Source: Macrostomum lignano (Eukaryota). From it: 64,000 nt of DNA. Shown piece after piece: positions 12,371-24,742 of this stretch. The stretch spans positions 40,108-104,107 of the forward strand of contig NIVC01003252.1 in the NCBI GenBank assembly GCA_002269645.1. Reading direction: 5' to 3'. Within the stretch, counting starts at the first letter, position 1, and each line of letters starts with the position of its first letter. The position numbers and the translations under genes were made by a program. The notes below the pieces were generated by a model that worked only from the letters and a program-made list of their open reading frames with translations, ran no database searches and was not told the origin of the DNA.

Positions 12371-13552
12371 CGTCTTAGCTCGTCTGAACGATTTTGACCC
12401 GCTATATATCTTTCGTGGAAAATATACAATCACTAATATCCTCACATTGTAACAATTTTGTGTTAAGACCTCAATGAAAAAGTATTTTTGTTCTTATTGT
12501 TTCTGCTCTAGTTCCTCAACGCTGCGTCCTAGACTAATGTTAGATTGCGCGACAAATGAAGCCGTTTTTAGCAAGGGACGGAGCGACTTTCACTAAAGCG
12601 GATACTGTGTCCGTGGATCGAATGCTCGAATTCTCGGAACTTAAGCTGCTGCAGTGCTGTCAAGCCTGACTCATAACCGAAGTATAATCTGCAACATTGA
12701 ACAGTTGCCACTCTATGCGCCAGTGAGCATTTTTTCTTGGACTATTCTGAGATAAAAGATACGAGAAAACTGATCAGGTAGCTTTAATCCGCCCAACCCT
12801 CGCACACCGCTCCCCGCACTTCATTCATCAACTCAAGTCTGCCTTGGCGTAGCAAAGTTGCGTCACTCGCAAAGATTGAGCCAAGGGGATACTTTACAAG
12901 TACCTGCACTCTCAAAAGTGGCGACCACAGACGGAATCTTCCGTAATGGCGACTGAGTATAGTTTTTTTGTTATTCCGACTATTGTGCAATCAAGACAAC
13001 TGAGTGAAACGTTATGAGAAAACTGTTTTCACTATTTTAAAACAAACAAACATTTATTCCCAATTTTTCAAGGAATTTTCTCAGAAAGATTTTTTGCCGC
13101 AGATTTGTAGAGGTTTAGCAGTCGAAGGCTCTGTTCCTTTGAGTCAATCGAATGATTGCATAGGCTTAAAATAATTATATTTCTTTATTATTGAAGTTTC
13201 CGGAAGGTTCTGCAAAAACGTGTGTCCTTATAACAAAACTTAGTTGTATGTACGTATTGCTTAAATAGTGGCTAAGCGCTACAAGTTCTTGTAAATTAAT
13301 AATTTACTATGCATAAAGGGTGTAGGAACAATATTGTGAACTTGATGAAAATTTCAGGAAAAGCGTAGAATGTTTAATAGTACAATAATGGGGAAATTTC
13401 TACTATTCAGTTTGGGAAGGTCACTACAGATTGTCCAACATAAAAATACATGCGAGTTAAAAAAAGTTTAAACTTCAAGAAGGTAATTTATCGTCAAATT
13501 TCTGCGCAATTTTAAGTCTATGTGAGCGCCGTTTGTTGTGATAACAAGATGG

Positions 13553-14690
13553 GTATTGAATGATGATGATGGAAATGATGGATGATGGATAATTGATAAT
13601 GAAATCAACGTTTTCTTAATTACCAGTATCAACCTGATAAGAAGAACAAAGAACAAAGTGCAGAATGCAAAACTGAAAACTAATTTGCTATTTCTTTTAT
13701 TGGTCATGAATCTATCCGTCTTATGAAGAAATTAAACAAAATATTTCCTAGCAAATTTATAAAAAAATATCAGAATTTCATTTACTGTTGAAAAGGCCTA
13801 GAAGTACATCTGCAACCTAAACAGCCCAGTCCCTAAGCCTTTGTGCTTTTAAAAGTTTACGTGTTCTGATGATTGGCACAACTAAACGACATTTGTACAC
13901 ACGAGGAAAAGAACATAGGCTAAACAACTCACCAATCAATGAATGTCCACTTCATTGCAATGGATGTGCGAACAATTCAATTGACAGTCAGTTTGGAATA
14001 ATCGACAAGTGCCAGACAGAAAGCAAACTTCTCACCCGTTGTAGAGATCTCCGAAATACAGTAAAAAGCAAACTACTAGAAGTAGCTAGTAAGATAAAAA
14101 TGCGAAAAACCTAAAAATATAAATTCCACGCGGTCACACTATTTTGTAATATCACGAAAACAGCGAATGATTATTCTGCAACATTAAATTTTAGAACTCC
14201 AAATATGGTAAATGATACCCGAAACCTATTTTATTCGCAAAAATTCTATTCAATTTTCAAAGAGTCAACTTCCTAAAAAGTGAACCCGTCACCTCATCGA
14301 AATGACCTGATGCTAGCAAAATTTGCCTACAAATACAATCCAAAATCCGAGCTAAAATCTCAGACTCGCAGCAGCCTCAAAACATCTTGAGCTTTGCCAG
14401 AGCAGCAGAGCGAGGCTACATCTCTGAGGGAAATAGATACTGTTCGGTAAGCCATTGTTCAAGTCTTCGTTATTTTTATTATACCTACCGTCACCTACCC
14501 TCGCATTTACCTTTCTTTTCATAATAATTAAGCATTTTCAAAACGTACAACTGGTTACCAAGCTCACTTTCCTCAATTTGCTTATATAAATAATAACCAC
14601 TTGTTCAAAATAAATTTATTTTGACTGACGATGATTGTGGACAATCGAAACTAGTCGCAAGTGATCTGTTTTTCGTTGTTTTTCCTTTTC
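13553..14690. mobile_element. About 1.14-kb insertion flanked by a 10-bp direct repeat (possible retroelement 3' fragment)
   Basis: aacaagatgg at 13543-13552 and 14691-14700. An apparent empty site with both flanks joined is at about 19700-19815. A (GAT)n-like run marks the left end. Confidence 0.5.
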
Positions 14691-15129
14691 AACAAGATGG
14701 AAGTCGCTGTGGTACTTAAAAAAGCCCAAAATTTTTTGAAACGTGTGTGTTTAATATTTACCCAGATAATTACTCGTAATTATGGATTTATCCAGGTTTT
14801 CGCCACTCAAAAACTTCAAATGAAGTACGTCACAATCTTTGTTTGTTCAGCTGTGTTTGAAAATTAACTTGACGCAGATAAGACAGGTGTGAGAATTTAA
14901 ACTATTTGAACATATTTATCGAAATGTGCAAATATGCTAGATGCATATCTGAAATCGATTTTGCGACTGTCAAGTGCAACCGACCGTTAAAACAAAATCG
15001 AAAAGTGTTGACAGCTCCGGATTTTCCGCAAGCAAAAATGGCAAAAAGCTGTAACCCAGATTTTCTCAAGTGCTTAAAATCTATCCTGATGTGCTACCTC
15101 GAGGATTCTGGATCAGGTGATGGGGAATC

Positions 15130-15700
15130 GTTCATATCTGATTGCGTACAGGTTGCCCGTTGATAGGGGCACTGGATACATACTACATCACATGCTTTAT
15201 GCATTCGAGATGCAAATTTCCACGGATGTGATTGCCAAGCCGCTCTGAAAGTGTGCGCTGCCTGTTCAAGAGTATGTTCAAGAATTAAGTCGGGCCTTGC
15301 AGCCAGGCAGAAGCTAATCAGCTACGAGAGACGCCAGCGCTGAAGCAGGATGAAGCTGCGAAGTTTCAAATAAGCTGGATCGGCCCGGTGAAAGTGATCG
15401 AGAGGTGATCGAAGGGGCTTTTCAATGTAGAAAACCTATCAAAACGAAATAAATATCACAGTTTGTGCACTTTAACAACTTCTGTAAGTTCGCCGACGCA
15501 GCTCGACCTGCTACATCAGAGCCACCCGACGGTGTGTCACCATTGAACGAGCATAATGGGGGGGCACGGATTCTGAGAATGAGAGCGGGACTCTCAGTGA
15601 CCGGCGCCACCCGAGAATCAAAGAGATAGCCGACCCCTCGGAAGATCACACTGAGCCCATGTGGACGCCTCACTGTCATGGCCAGCCTGTTTTATTTTCA
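15130..15700 (+). mobile_element. Decayed Ty3/gypsy integrase C-terminal remnant
   Basis: IAYRLPVDRGTGYILHHMLYAFEMQISTDV...VQEYVQELSRAL and KFQISWIGPVKVIER resemble gypsy integrase motifs (AYR...STGYTP..LL.GRE.RLP.D; W.GP.KV); interrupted by stops. Confidence 0.55.
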
Positions 15701-18118
15701 TCGTGGGCACAGTCATCATAAAGCCTGTTAGAGTCTCATCATCTTTTTGCACGGAAATCACATACTAGTACGATCCTCACTGAAGTAGTAATCATTGATG
15801 CATCATTAAGTTACTTTCATCGCATCATCAAGAAGTTTTCAACAGAACTCAAAGTTAATCACTTGATAGTTCTAGCTTTTGTCTTAATCAAAACAATATG
15901 CCGATGGAGGGTATTCGGACTGGCATCGGTTGACGCCTCCAGAAGTAGTGAGGCGGAAACCATGGGAGATCAATGTGCCAGCAGTCATCGTCTCATATTG
16001 CGCGTCGTAAGCAATCTGAAAGAAAGAGAGCCTGTTATTAACGGCAGCTACACGTCAACTGCGCTATCGGTTGATAAAGCATATTTTAGCAGGACAGCCG
16101 GACGGAACTGTGTCAGTGCTCAAAGCAATGAGATGGCTACGCCGCCCAGGCAGGCTGCTCGAGGTCCTCGTATTCTTTCGTGTTGTTACTGGTATTGTTT
16201 TTTTTCCTACGCTAGTGAGGGTCAAGCTTCCTGAGGAAATGGCTCAGCAGCTGCGCGGCGTGCCGGTGCCAATGGCCACCTGCGCATCCTGCCAGCTTTA
16301 GCCGGTATGGCTGGCCGCTTGGCTTTAATCGTGTCCCTCCCCAGCCGTGCGCCCTGCCCCGTGATCTGTGCTGATTGGCTGCGGTCAGGCTGACTGTGGC
16401 GCAGGTGCTGGACACGGCTATGGGCGGGGTTGTGATTGGCTGGCGGCCCTTTGCGCGGTTTTGCGGGCTTAGCCGGTGGTGCTGTCGGCCCCCACCCCTA
16501 GGTCTGGGTCTTTATTTTTATTGTTACTTTGCGCATTTTTTCTCTCACCTCTGGTTAATAAATTCAGCTAATTATCTAGGAGTTTGCAAAGGCCCAAAAG
16601 AAACCCCCAACAGAACGAGTGAAACTCCAATATTAGTAAAAAATAATGCAGTACCGATTGAGTTGCCTGGATCCGCAAGAGCTTACTAGTCTAACACTGT
16701 TATCGTAGCGTCGTGTGCGAGAGTTCTTTACTCAGCTTCTGGTAAGCAGTTTGCTTCAAGTCATTCTTTCCGCTAAGCTGGTGAGACTAAGGGGCCAACA
16801 GTTTCTTTTTTGCCAGGAGAGCGGAGCAGTCAGTTAAGGGTAAACTGGCGGACCACGTACGCATATTCAATACTGTACTATACATGTATTTTTGCGGTAG
16901 TCCGTGAATACGCACAAACAAGTGTCGCAACTCCTCCGGTAGCAACTCGAGTTCTGAGCGTCATCACACCAGAACAAGCTTTTTGCGTTCACAGAGAGTC
17001 ATTTCGCCTGTCTGTATTCCTATCAGTAATATGTAGAGCGTCACTACGCCTGTTTTTACTTATTCATTGCACTTGGGTTGAGCGCCCGAACCGAACCGAC
17101 TCCAGTTACATACTACAATATAGTGTTGAAAGTTACAGATTCCTTCATGCAAATTCTCCAAAAGGCTGTTATGGATATCATCAAGTTGCCTCTTTTCCTG
17201 AGGCTCTTAACATATGTAGGAGGAGGGTACAACTGAACTGAACTGAATATTAAACTTTATTAGAGTTAGCTCGTAATACAATGCGTATATGTAAAAGAGA
17301 TTTTTGAATCGGGAGCTCGTGATATGCAATTTACGAGCGTATTTTTTAGAGCATGGAGACTGCTATGTGAATCAGCATTCAGAAATTATAAATAATTTGT
17401 GACTCGCGCTACCGCAGAAAATATTTCAGTTTTCTTTGAGACAGAATATAAAATACGTTCCGCAACAGTATCCTCAAATCTTGTCGAATTACGGATTCAA
17501 GGAGCTGAGGAAAGCATTTTAGATGACTAAACAAATACCAGTAGTGGGCAGCATAGCAGACCGTCTCGAATTCGAGATGGAGAAGTTGATATTGATCCAC
17601 CAAAGCACGACACTTACTTGCTGTCCATCATTCTTAGTACAATGCAAGGAGTGTTCGATACTCTCACCAAAACGCAGTGAACTCACAAACAAAGGAGTCC
17701 CTCCGGAGCGGCTCGTTCGTCGCTGGTGAGGGGATGTGGCATCACAAGAGTGCATTGCTGATATGGCCATGTGATGAGCAGTCCGTCGATGGGATTTTCC
17801 AATTAAGACAGTTTCATTTCTTGCGCCTCAAAACTAAATAGAAATACACAGACTTGAGCACGACTCTGGGCATCGATGCCAATTTAGTTTTTACGCCATG
17901 GGCCCCAGAGTGTTAAGCCTCCCGGCACGACACAAACCGCCAGCGTCAGGTAGAGCCTCAGACTGCAGGACATCAGAAAAAAAGGCAGCCAAAGCAAGAC
18001 CGCGGCAACACTGCAGATCCTCACAGCCTGTCGGCATCAGTCGACACGCATACCCACTACACTGAACTCTTATTAGTGCACTGGCTCTTATCCAACCAGA
18101 TCGTTTCTAGAAAGCCGG

Positions 18119-18126
18119 TATAAAAG
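18119..18126 (+). promoter_or_regulatory. TATA box of copy C
   Basis: TATAAAAG within the block ccaaccagatcgtttctagaaagccggTATAAAAG, which is conserved upstream of copies C, E, F and G. Confidence 0.6.
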
Positions 18127-18207
18127 CAAACAAAGACAGCTTTAATCATCGCTTCCTACACTCGTATGAGCAGCAGCAGAATTGAAATCCCATCTGCTCA
18201 AGTAACT

Positions 18208-18926
18208 ATGCTGAGGACCATCGCCTGCATTGTGGGTCTCGCCGTCCCGGTGCTTTGTGTTGCCGGTAGAGTAACTCAGATGTCCTACATTGGCTGCTAT
18301 GTGGACAACGAAGGCCGAGACCTGAGAGGACTCTCTTCAGTGAGCAAAATCGGACAGTTGAGCATCGATAAGAGTACTTTCTCACTGAAAAGCGAGAGTA
18401 TGACGCACGAGCTCTGCACCAGCGTCTGCTCTTTGGGCGTCTTCCCGTACTTCGGTATTCAGGTCGGTAAGGAGTGCTTCTGTGGCACCTCCTACGGATC
18501 TCTGGGAGCTGCTAGCGAGACCGACTGCAACCGCGTTTGCACTGGGAACGGAGCTTCTAAATGCGGAGGCCCGTGGCGCAATTCCGTATTTGCTTTGACC
18601 TATCCGAGTAAGTTTTTATTACAACGATTTTATTAGAGTTTTCAAATGTGATTTCGGCACATTTTGTAAAAGTTTGTGTAATTCTTTTAGAGAAACAGTA
18701 CTTTGAGCAGTCGCAGAGGCCCAACCAGACAGTGGAGTCCATACACAGCACCTACTGGACCAGCGCTGCCCGAACCGACATCGAGTGCATGTTGCTGTGC
18801 GAGGCCTCAGCTGACTGCCAGGCTGTGATTTTCTCTGGCCAGCAGCGCCTGTGCCACTTGCTGAGGTTCGCCTACCCGTCTGCAAGCCTGAGCAGCACCG
18901 ATGGAGACTTCTTCGTTCGTGGCTGA
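18208..18926 (+). CDS. Secreted WSC + PAN/Apple protein, copy C (exons 18208-18607, 18691-18926; about 211 aa; in-frame upstream ATG at 18166)
   Basis: Signal peptide MLRTIACIVGLAVPVLCVAG, WSC domain, 83-nt GTAAGT...ttttAG phase-1 intron, PAN motif ECMLLCEASADCQAVIF...CHLLRF, TGA at 18924-18926. Confidence 0.9.
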
Positions 18927-20716
18927 CTGACTTTCGATCCTGTCAGCCTTTTTGATCTGATGTGAAATAGAAAACAAAACCTCTTGCTAATTTTTCAGAT
19001 AAAAGTGAAGCAAATTGCGTTCAGAGATTGGATTTTGAAAGAAATTTATTGTACTATTCTAGAAGCTCTACATAGACTGTTCTGTCCTTCTTCAACGAAT
19101 GTTACGTGTGATCACTAGAGTCTTAAACAGCTTTATTCTAGTGTACTCTAAATTTTACAGCAAACTACCATATAAGTAAGCGTCAGTAATAAAAAAAGGC
19201 CAAAGCGTTTAATTTTCGTTAAATTCAAGTTTTTCTCAACGGCCAAAATAAGGTTGACAAATTGCTTTATAATAAATGTACGCTTCTTGATTGAGGCCAT
19301 GTTTAGTAACAAAAACTCATTTTTAGTATATAGGATGTTCTGATTGTAATTATTTAAGCCTACTACGAGCATATGTTTTTTCGTCATTTAAATTTTTGCC
19401 CTACCATCAGCAGTCTGACGTGACAGATTAATAGAGATTTTACACATACAAGCCTTAGAAAACCATGGAAATTAGAAATCAAAGTGGCTTTAACTGCGAA
19501 CCAATGATTCGTTGGCCTTTACAGCTGGAAGGCATGGCTAAAATAAAGAATGGCGCAGAGAGAACCATGTGCTAAAATCAGCCGGCATGGTAAACAAAGA
19601 TGATCGAGGAATGCATACGTAACTGGTTTGGAGTTTGATGATCGTGAAACATTACAAATTAATAGCAAAATAACTTAATTTCATGGTGTTTTCAGTTCTT
19701 TAGTTCTTTTGCGCAATTTCAAGTTTCTGTGAGCGCTACGTGAAAACAAGATGGAAGTCGCTGTGGTAGAGTAAAGCCTCAAATCTGTAACGCGTGTGCG
19801 TGATATTTACCCAGAGACAAACTGGTACATATTGCACAGTGTCAGTGCATCAGTGAAATTCAATATTTACAATATTTAAGCTATTTCTCTCGGTCTTTAA
19901 CTCGTCAAGTTACTTTGGCTATTCTACAAATATATCGCAAGCATTCACATTCGTTATTAAGCAACAATCAGCTCCTGACTTTCGCGTCACGTCAAGTCCT
20001 ACTTATCATGCCGCTGGCCAGACTACTGAAGTGCTTACTACTTATTTGGCGCCACAGGCACTCATTTCGACCCCAGGAGCAAAATTCTGGATTTCCATTA
20101 AGCTGTATAAGCTTAAGAGTTTTTTCGGTCAATCATGCGTTGGCAGGTCTCCCACAGCTTCTACTGGGGCGGGACATGCCCCCTGTGTCTTCTGGCGATG
20201 GCCCGATCTAAATACTTCAGCACTATTCTACCAATATACTTACTCTTGAAAATTAAGTGACCTTTCATTAGAATTGCTTTTTAGCGAATCGTACCTCTTA
20301 CTACCTCTTACTCACCCGAGAAGTCTGCATGCGAGCTAGAGTGGGATACAAACATCTGGCTTTTAGGCCACTCAAATAAAAATTTGCTGCTGCGAGATAT
20401 TTTAATCAGTCTTCCATTAGCAGATGTGTCTAGATAAGTTGATCAGCAGTATTTGTTTTTCATTGTTTAGCAATTTGACGATCATTATTCACATTTTTAA
20501 TGCAGAACAATATATACCTTTTAACAATCTTTGGACATAATTGTGAAGTTAATTTAGTCATTAGCCAGCTCAGTCCTAGAAAAGTGAGTTTGATTTAGTC
20601 AGCAGTCGGGGTTTACCATAGACTATGGTAAAGAAATGAAATTGATTTAGTCAAGGTTCTCTAAATCCGTCTTTCGTAACTTTTATTAACTCAAAGTGAA
20701 TTTTTTTAGTCGTTAT

Positions 20717-20909
20717 GGGCCGTATGCAGAAAGCTCTGTCTAGGGTAGTCCGGTCTTGAAAAGCTAGTCTGGACTTGGATTTGGTATGCAGAAACACAAA
20801 GTTAGACCAGTCTACTATAGCAGAACTATGCTAGCTGGACCATAGACTATAGACTGAACTACACAAGTCCGGACTAGCTAGTCTGGACTAGGCTTTCTGC
20901 ATACGGCCC
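20717..20909 (+). mobile_element. PIF/Harbinger-type (Tourist-like) MITE, copy 1
   Basis: TIR gggccgtatgcagaaagc / gctttctgcatacggccc with 3-bp TSD TAT. Confidence 0.75.
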
Positions 20910-21763
20910 TATATCTTTGAGAATAACACAAACGAACACAACACAACACAAGACACAACAAATTATTGTTACGACGCTTCACTTTTCAACTCAATCAACG
21001 ATGTCTTCGATGTCTTTCGTGGCAATGCAGCGGGGTATGTACCGAAGGCTCTCACGATGCCAGGCTTCGCAGTGAGGCAGCTGCTATACTGACCTCCAGT
21101 TCACGCTCAAGAAACAGAGAATAAAGTGATAAAGGCTTGAACTCTTGCTCTACCTCCATGGCTGGTGGATTCCAATGGGCACGAGCATTGTCAAACAGAA
21201 GGCAGAACGGCTCATCAACAATGCAGACAGTTCAGCCATGAACTCTGCAACCAAACTATGCAAGCCATGAACGCTGCCACCATGATGACTAAGTAAAATT
21301 CACTTTGACTAAAATCAAGTCATGGAAGGGTTTAACATCTTCAAATCCGATGGTCAGCGTGGCTGACCATGCATCACTTTAGCTAAAATCCAACTCTTTA
21401 TGGCCATAGACTCAACTTTTGTCTTCACTTAACAGCATATCGCGAAAACCCATATGGTCAGCTTGGCTGACCATGGCTGCAAGTAGTCTATATGAAGTAT
21501 AATAACGACAAAACATGCATTCAAGCATGTCAAAAACTCAAAAATATCGTCAAAAATATCAAAAACATGAAAATTTATTTCACAAAAAACATGAATTACT
21601 AAAATGTAGCATTGCTTTGAGTTCTTTTTTAATAAATTTTGCAAAAGATCCAGTAAATGTAGCTTTACTTCTGTTGCTATTACACTACCTAACTTTTATG
21701 CAATGTGAGGCAAGACAATAACAGGTAGTCAGCAGGAGTAAAACGAACAACTCTCCTCTCAGC

Positions 21764-23425
21764 CTACGAGTGCCAGGCTCGAAAGCAGTCAGGGATGCAC
21801 AAGCCGGGCTGACCCGGGCACTGCTGACAGACGAAGACGGTACGTTTGGTGATGCCATTGCGATAGCAGACTCTGCAGCGACGTGCAGGTCGCTGGTTAC
21901 CAGGTGTGGCAGGCAGCTTACTGGGCAAGTGAACAGCATCGGCAACAGGACGCGATGGGTAGACGCACCGTCTTTTTCCAGGCCCTGAGCTGTCTATCAG
22001 GGCAACGATCAGTTGTTCCATGAACTTCAGAAAAGTCAGTGAGCCGCCGGAGTGCCGGAAAAAAATCCAGGCATTGTGCGACAGCTGCAATAGGAAATGA
22101 ATTCCGAGCTTCTGGTGCCAGCGGTACATCTTTCTGCTTGGGTGGTAGGGCTGCAGCGCAGAGTCAAGGCGGTCGACACCACCCATGGACTTTGAGTAGT
22201 CCGTCACAGTCACCGGCTTTCGAACAACCTCCATTTGTCCACCTCGTCTGTACCGTTGTCGCGCAGTGCTCTGGGCCGTACCGAAGGTGTCAAGCAGGTA
22301 GACTGTCTTAATACCGCTTGCTTTTCTGTCTGTCAGCTTCACTGCCAAAACATCACCGCTTCGCATGTAGCAGTGGGATGGAGGCACTGCTGGCATCTGC
22401 CGGAGCTCGACTGGAATGCCGCGGTCACAGCGAACGGTACCTGTTAGTAAGGTACTGTGAGCTAGTAGAAACTCGGCCAGTCGTCGGGAGGAGAAATAAC
22501 TGTCAACAAACACCCTGTAGCCCAGATTTAGCAGGTCCTTCGACAGCTCCACCACTATTCGCTCGCTGATGGACAGATTGTAGTCGACGAATTCGCTGCC
22601 AAACTTGCTGTTTTCCTCAGCTGTCGAATGAACGAGGACGTTCCATAAGTAACCGGTCTTAGAGTCACAAAGACAATAGGTCTTAATTCCATATCTAGCC
22701 CGCTTGCTGGGAATATACTGTTTGAACGCTAGTCGTCCTTTGTGCTGAACAAGCTCCTCGTCAACAGCGATGTCCCTGTCAGGCTGAAAATTCTGCTGAC
22801 AAACTTCCTTTACTGAGTTCAAGAACGGGCGGATTTTGCGAAGCGGATCGTCATTGTCACCAACGCGACAGTCGTAGAACCTCAGAAAAGATAAGATTTG
22901 TTGGAACCGGTTTCGAGACAGGCAGTTTTCACTCAGGAACAACTGGTTGTCATAAAACTTTCCAGTGGCCCAGTAGTTTTTTATCTCTGGCTTGCGCACG
23001 ATTCCCATGTAAAATATTATTGCGATGGTCTTTCTTATCTCATCATCTGCACAGTCTCTCCAATCGGTCAATCTCGGTGGCAGCTGCTGGTCATCCTCTT
23101 CGTTCTCAAAGATTCGCAGCTCCTCCCATGCGCGAGCATTGGTGAATTCTTTCAAATGACTAATAATGTCCTTCGTGAATAAGTTGAAAAAGAGTAACGG
23201 CTCATTTGCTGGTGCTTGAACACCAGGATTCATACCGTGGACTCCGAGAAACTCGGGAAGCTGCCCAGCTCTGTCATCTTCTCCGTCGCTGACAATTGTC
23301 CATTCGTTTTCCTCATCCTCCATCTCCAAGGTTGGCTCCTCAATTACTTCAATAACTGAGTCCTGATCTGACTCAGTCGATGAGCTGTTGGACTCGTCGC
23401 TTGTAAGAAGTTGATGAAGACTCAT
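21764..23425 (-). CDS. piggyBac transposase (553 aa, open frame)
   Basis: Acidic N-terminus. Catalytic Asp contexts VDEELV, VDSYFSS and MGGVDRLD; motifs MSRNRF-like (LSRNRFQQIL) and YIPSKRARYGIK; C-terminal Cys-rich domain CRVC...CQQC...LCIPDCFRAWH. Subterminal palindromes atggtcagc..gctgaccat at about 21351, 21455 and 23689; TTAA at 21429 and 23755. Confidence 0.93.
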   Translation of the reverse strand: MSLHQLLTSDESNSSSTESDQDSVIEVIEEPTLEMEDEENEWTIVSDGEDDRAGQLPEFLGVHGMNPGVQAPANEPLLFFNLFTKDIISHLKEFTNARAWEELRIFENEEDDQQLPPRLTDWRDCADDEIRKTIAIIFYMGIVRKPEIKNYWATGKFYDNQLFLSENCLSRNRFQQILSFLRFYDCRVGDNDDPLRKIRPFLNSVKEVCQQNFQPDRDIAVDEELVQHKGRLAFKQYIPSKRARYGIKTYCLCDSKTGYLWNVLVHSTAEENSKFGSEFVDYNLSISERIVVELSKDLLNLGYRVFVDSYFSSRRLAEFLLAHSTLLTGTVRCDRGIPVELRQMPAVPPSHCYMRSGDVLAVKLTDRKASGIKTVYLLDTFGTAQSTARQRYRRGGQMEVVRKPVTVTDYSKSMGGVDRLDSALQPYHPSRKMYRWHQKLGIHFLLQLSHNAWIFFRHSGGSLTFLKFMEQLIVALIDSSGPGKRRCVYPSRPVADAVHLPSKLPATPGNQRPARRCRVCYRNGITKRTVFVCQQCPGQPGLCIPDCFRAWHS

Positions 23426-24035
23426 TATTACTTATCCGTCGAAATAGCAAATTATATGACAATTCTTCTTAAAATGAAGAGGTAAACAATCTAGATTGAA
23501 TGCAAAGGAGAAAAATCTTACTAGGGATAGTGATACAGTACGAGGAAGGAAGGGCAGAAGCAGTCAACAGTGATAGGTTCTATGGCTGAAACCCCAAAGC
23601 AGGTCACAGAGTGTTCCAAGCACACTCTCTCAAGTAACGGGTTTTGGCGATGTTAAAGCAGCACTATAATTTTACATAGCAGTAGTCTATGGTCAGCCCT
23701 GCTGACCATACGGGTTTTCGCTTAATGTAGAGAAAATGCGCGGTATGGAACTGGTTAAATACGTGGCACTTGACTAAATCGATTTCATTTTTTAACTATA
23801 GTCTATGGTAAACCCCGACTGCTGACTAAATCAAACTCACTTTTCTAGGACTGAGCTGACTAATGACTAAAGTAACTTCACTTATGTCCAAAAAAATTGT
23901 TAAAAGGTATATTAGTACAAACAATGCATTGTTTAGCAATTTGACGATCATTATTCACATTTTTAATGCAGAACAATCCATTACTACAAACAATGCATTG
24001 TCTGTAGGATCGTCAAACAGAAAAACAATGCAAAG

Positions 24036-24128
24036 AATCAGCGGTCGCAGCACGTGACAACGATTTGTCTATGGTTATCACAATCGGTATGACAATCGTT
24101 GTCATGTCACGCACTGGGACCGCTGATT
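24036..24128. repeat. Short imperfect inverted repeat (MITE-like)
   Basis: Ends aatcagcggtc / gaccgctgatt with internal gacaacgatt / aatcgttgtc. Confidence 0.55.
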
Positions 24129-24139
24129 ATTTATCCATT

Positions 24140-24336
24140 CGGCCGTATGCAGAAAGCTTAGTCCAGACTGGTAGCTAGTCCGGACTTGGGTAGTTCAGTC
24201 TATAGTCTATGGTCTAGCTACTTTAGTTCTGTCTATAGCAGATCGGTCTAACTTTGTGTTTCTGCATACCAAATCCAAGTCCAGACTAGCTTTTCAAGAC
24301 CGGACTACCCTAGACAGAGCTTTCTGCATACGGCCC
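24140..24336 (-). mobile_element. PIF/Harbinger-type MITE, copy 2 (inverted relative to copy 1)
   Basis: Same TIRs and internal sequence in reverse orientation; 3-bp TSD ATT. Confidence 0.75.
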
Positions 24337-24398
24337 ATTGTCAAACGATTTCGCTTTTGTCTTCTATGGTAAAAACAAAATCGTTTGCAAATGATGTC

Positions 24399-24544
24399 GA
24401 CGCACTGCTTTCGAGTGCAGCAACGACCTAGGCACGAGTGCGCTCGATGGAGCCAGTAAGTATTCCGGATTCAGGTACTGTTGCGACATCGTGCGCACTC
24501 ATGCCTCGTGCCTAGGTCGTTGCTGCATTCGAAAGCAGTGCGTC
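24399..24544. repeat. 146-bp hairpin with 40-bp near-perfect arms (MITE-like)
   Basis: gacgcactgctttcgagtgcagcaacgacctaggcacgag / ctcgtgcctaggtcgttgctgcattcgaaagcagtgcgtc. Confidence 0.8.
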
Positions 24545-24742
24545 ATCTCTACATTATCGACTTTTCTACCCCCATCTGCTTTTACAAACTCAGCCAGTAG
24601 CTTCGAATTGTTTACCGTGTCCTGCACTTCACTCATTCGGCTGTTGGGAATAAATTCGCTTCACACCCGAGCTGATTTCACAGAAGCTTTTCCAGAGTAG
24701 CGGGACAAAACGCAGCGCTGCTGCTTCTTGTCACTGGACACC

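Larger units (their letters stand above)
20512..23912. mobile_element. Element bounded by about 143-bp terminal inverted repeats, enclosing the piggyBac transposase
   Basis: 20512-20654 is the near reverse complement of 23770-23912. TTAA lies within the repeats at 20521 and 23900. Confidence 0.7.

Noticed and set aside
16181-17281. Possible solo LTR (TG...CA, GC-rich core with CCAAT motifs); similar LTR-like tracts at 2340-2984 and 46020-46500
   Set aside because: I could not find a matching TSD or a second copy in the window.
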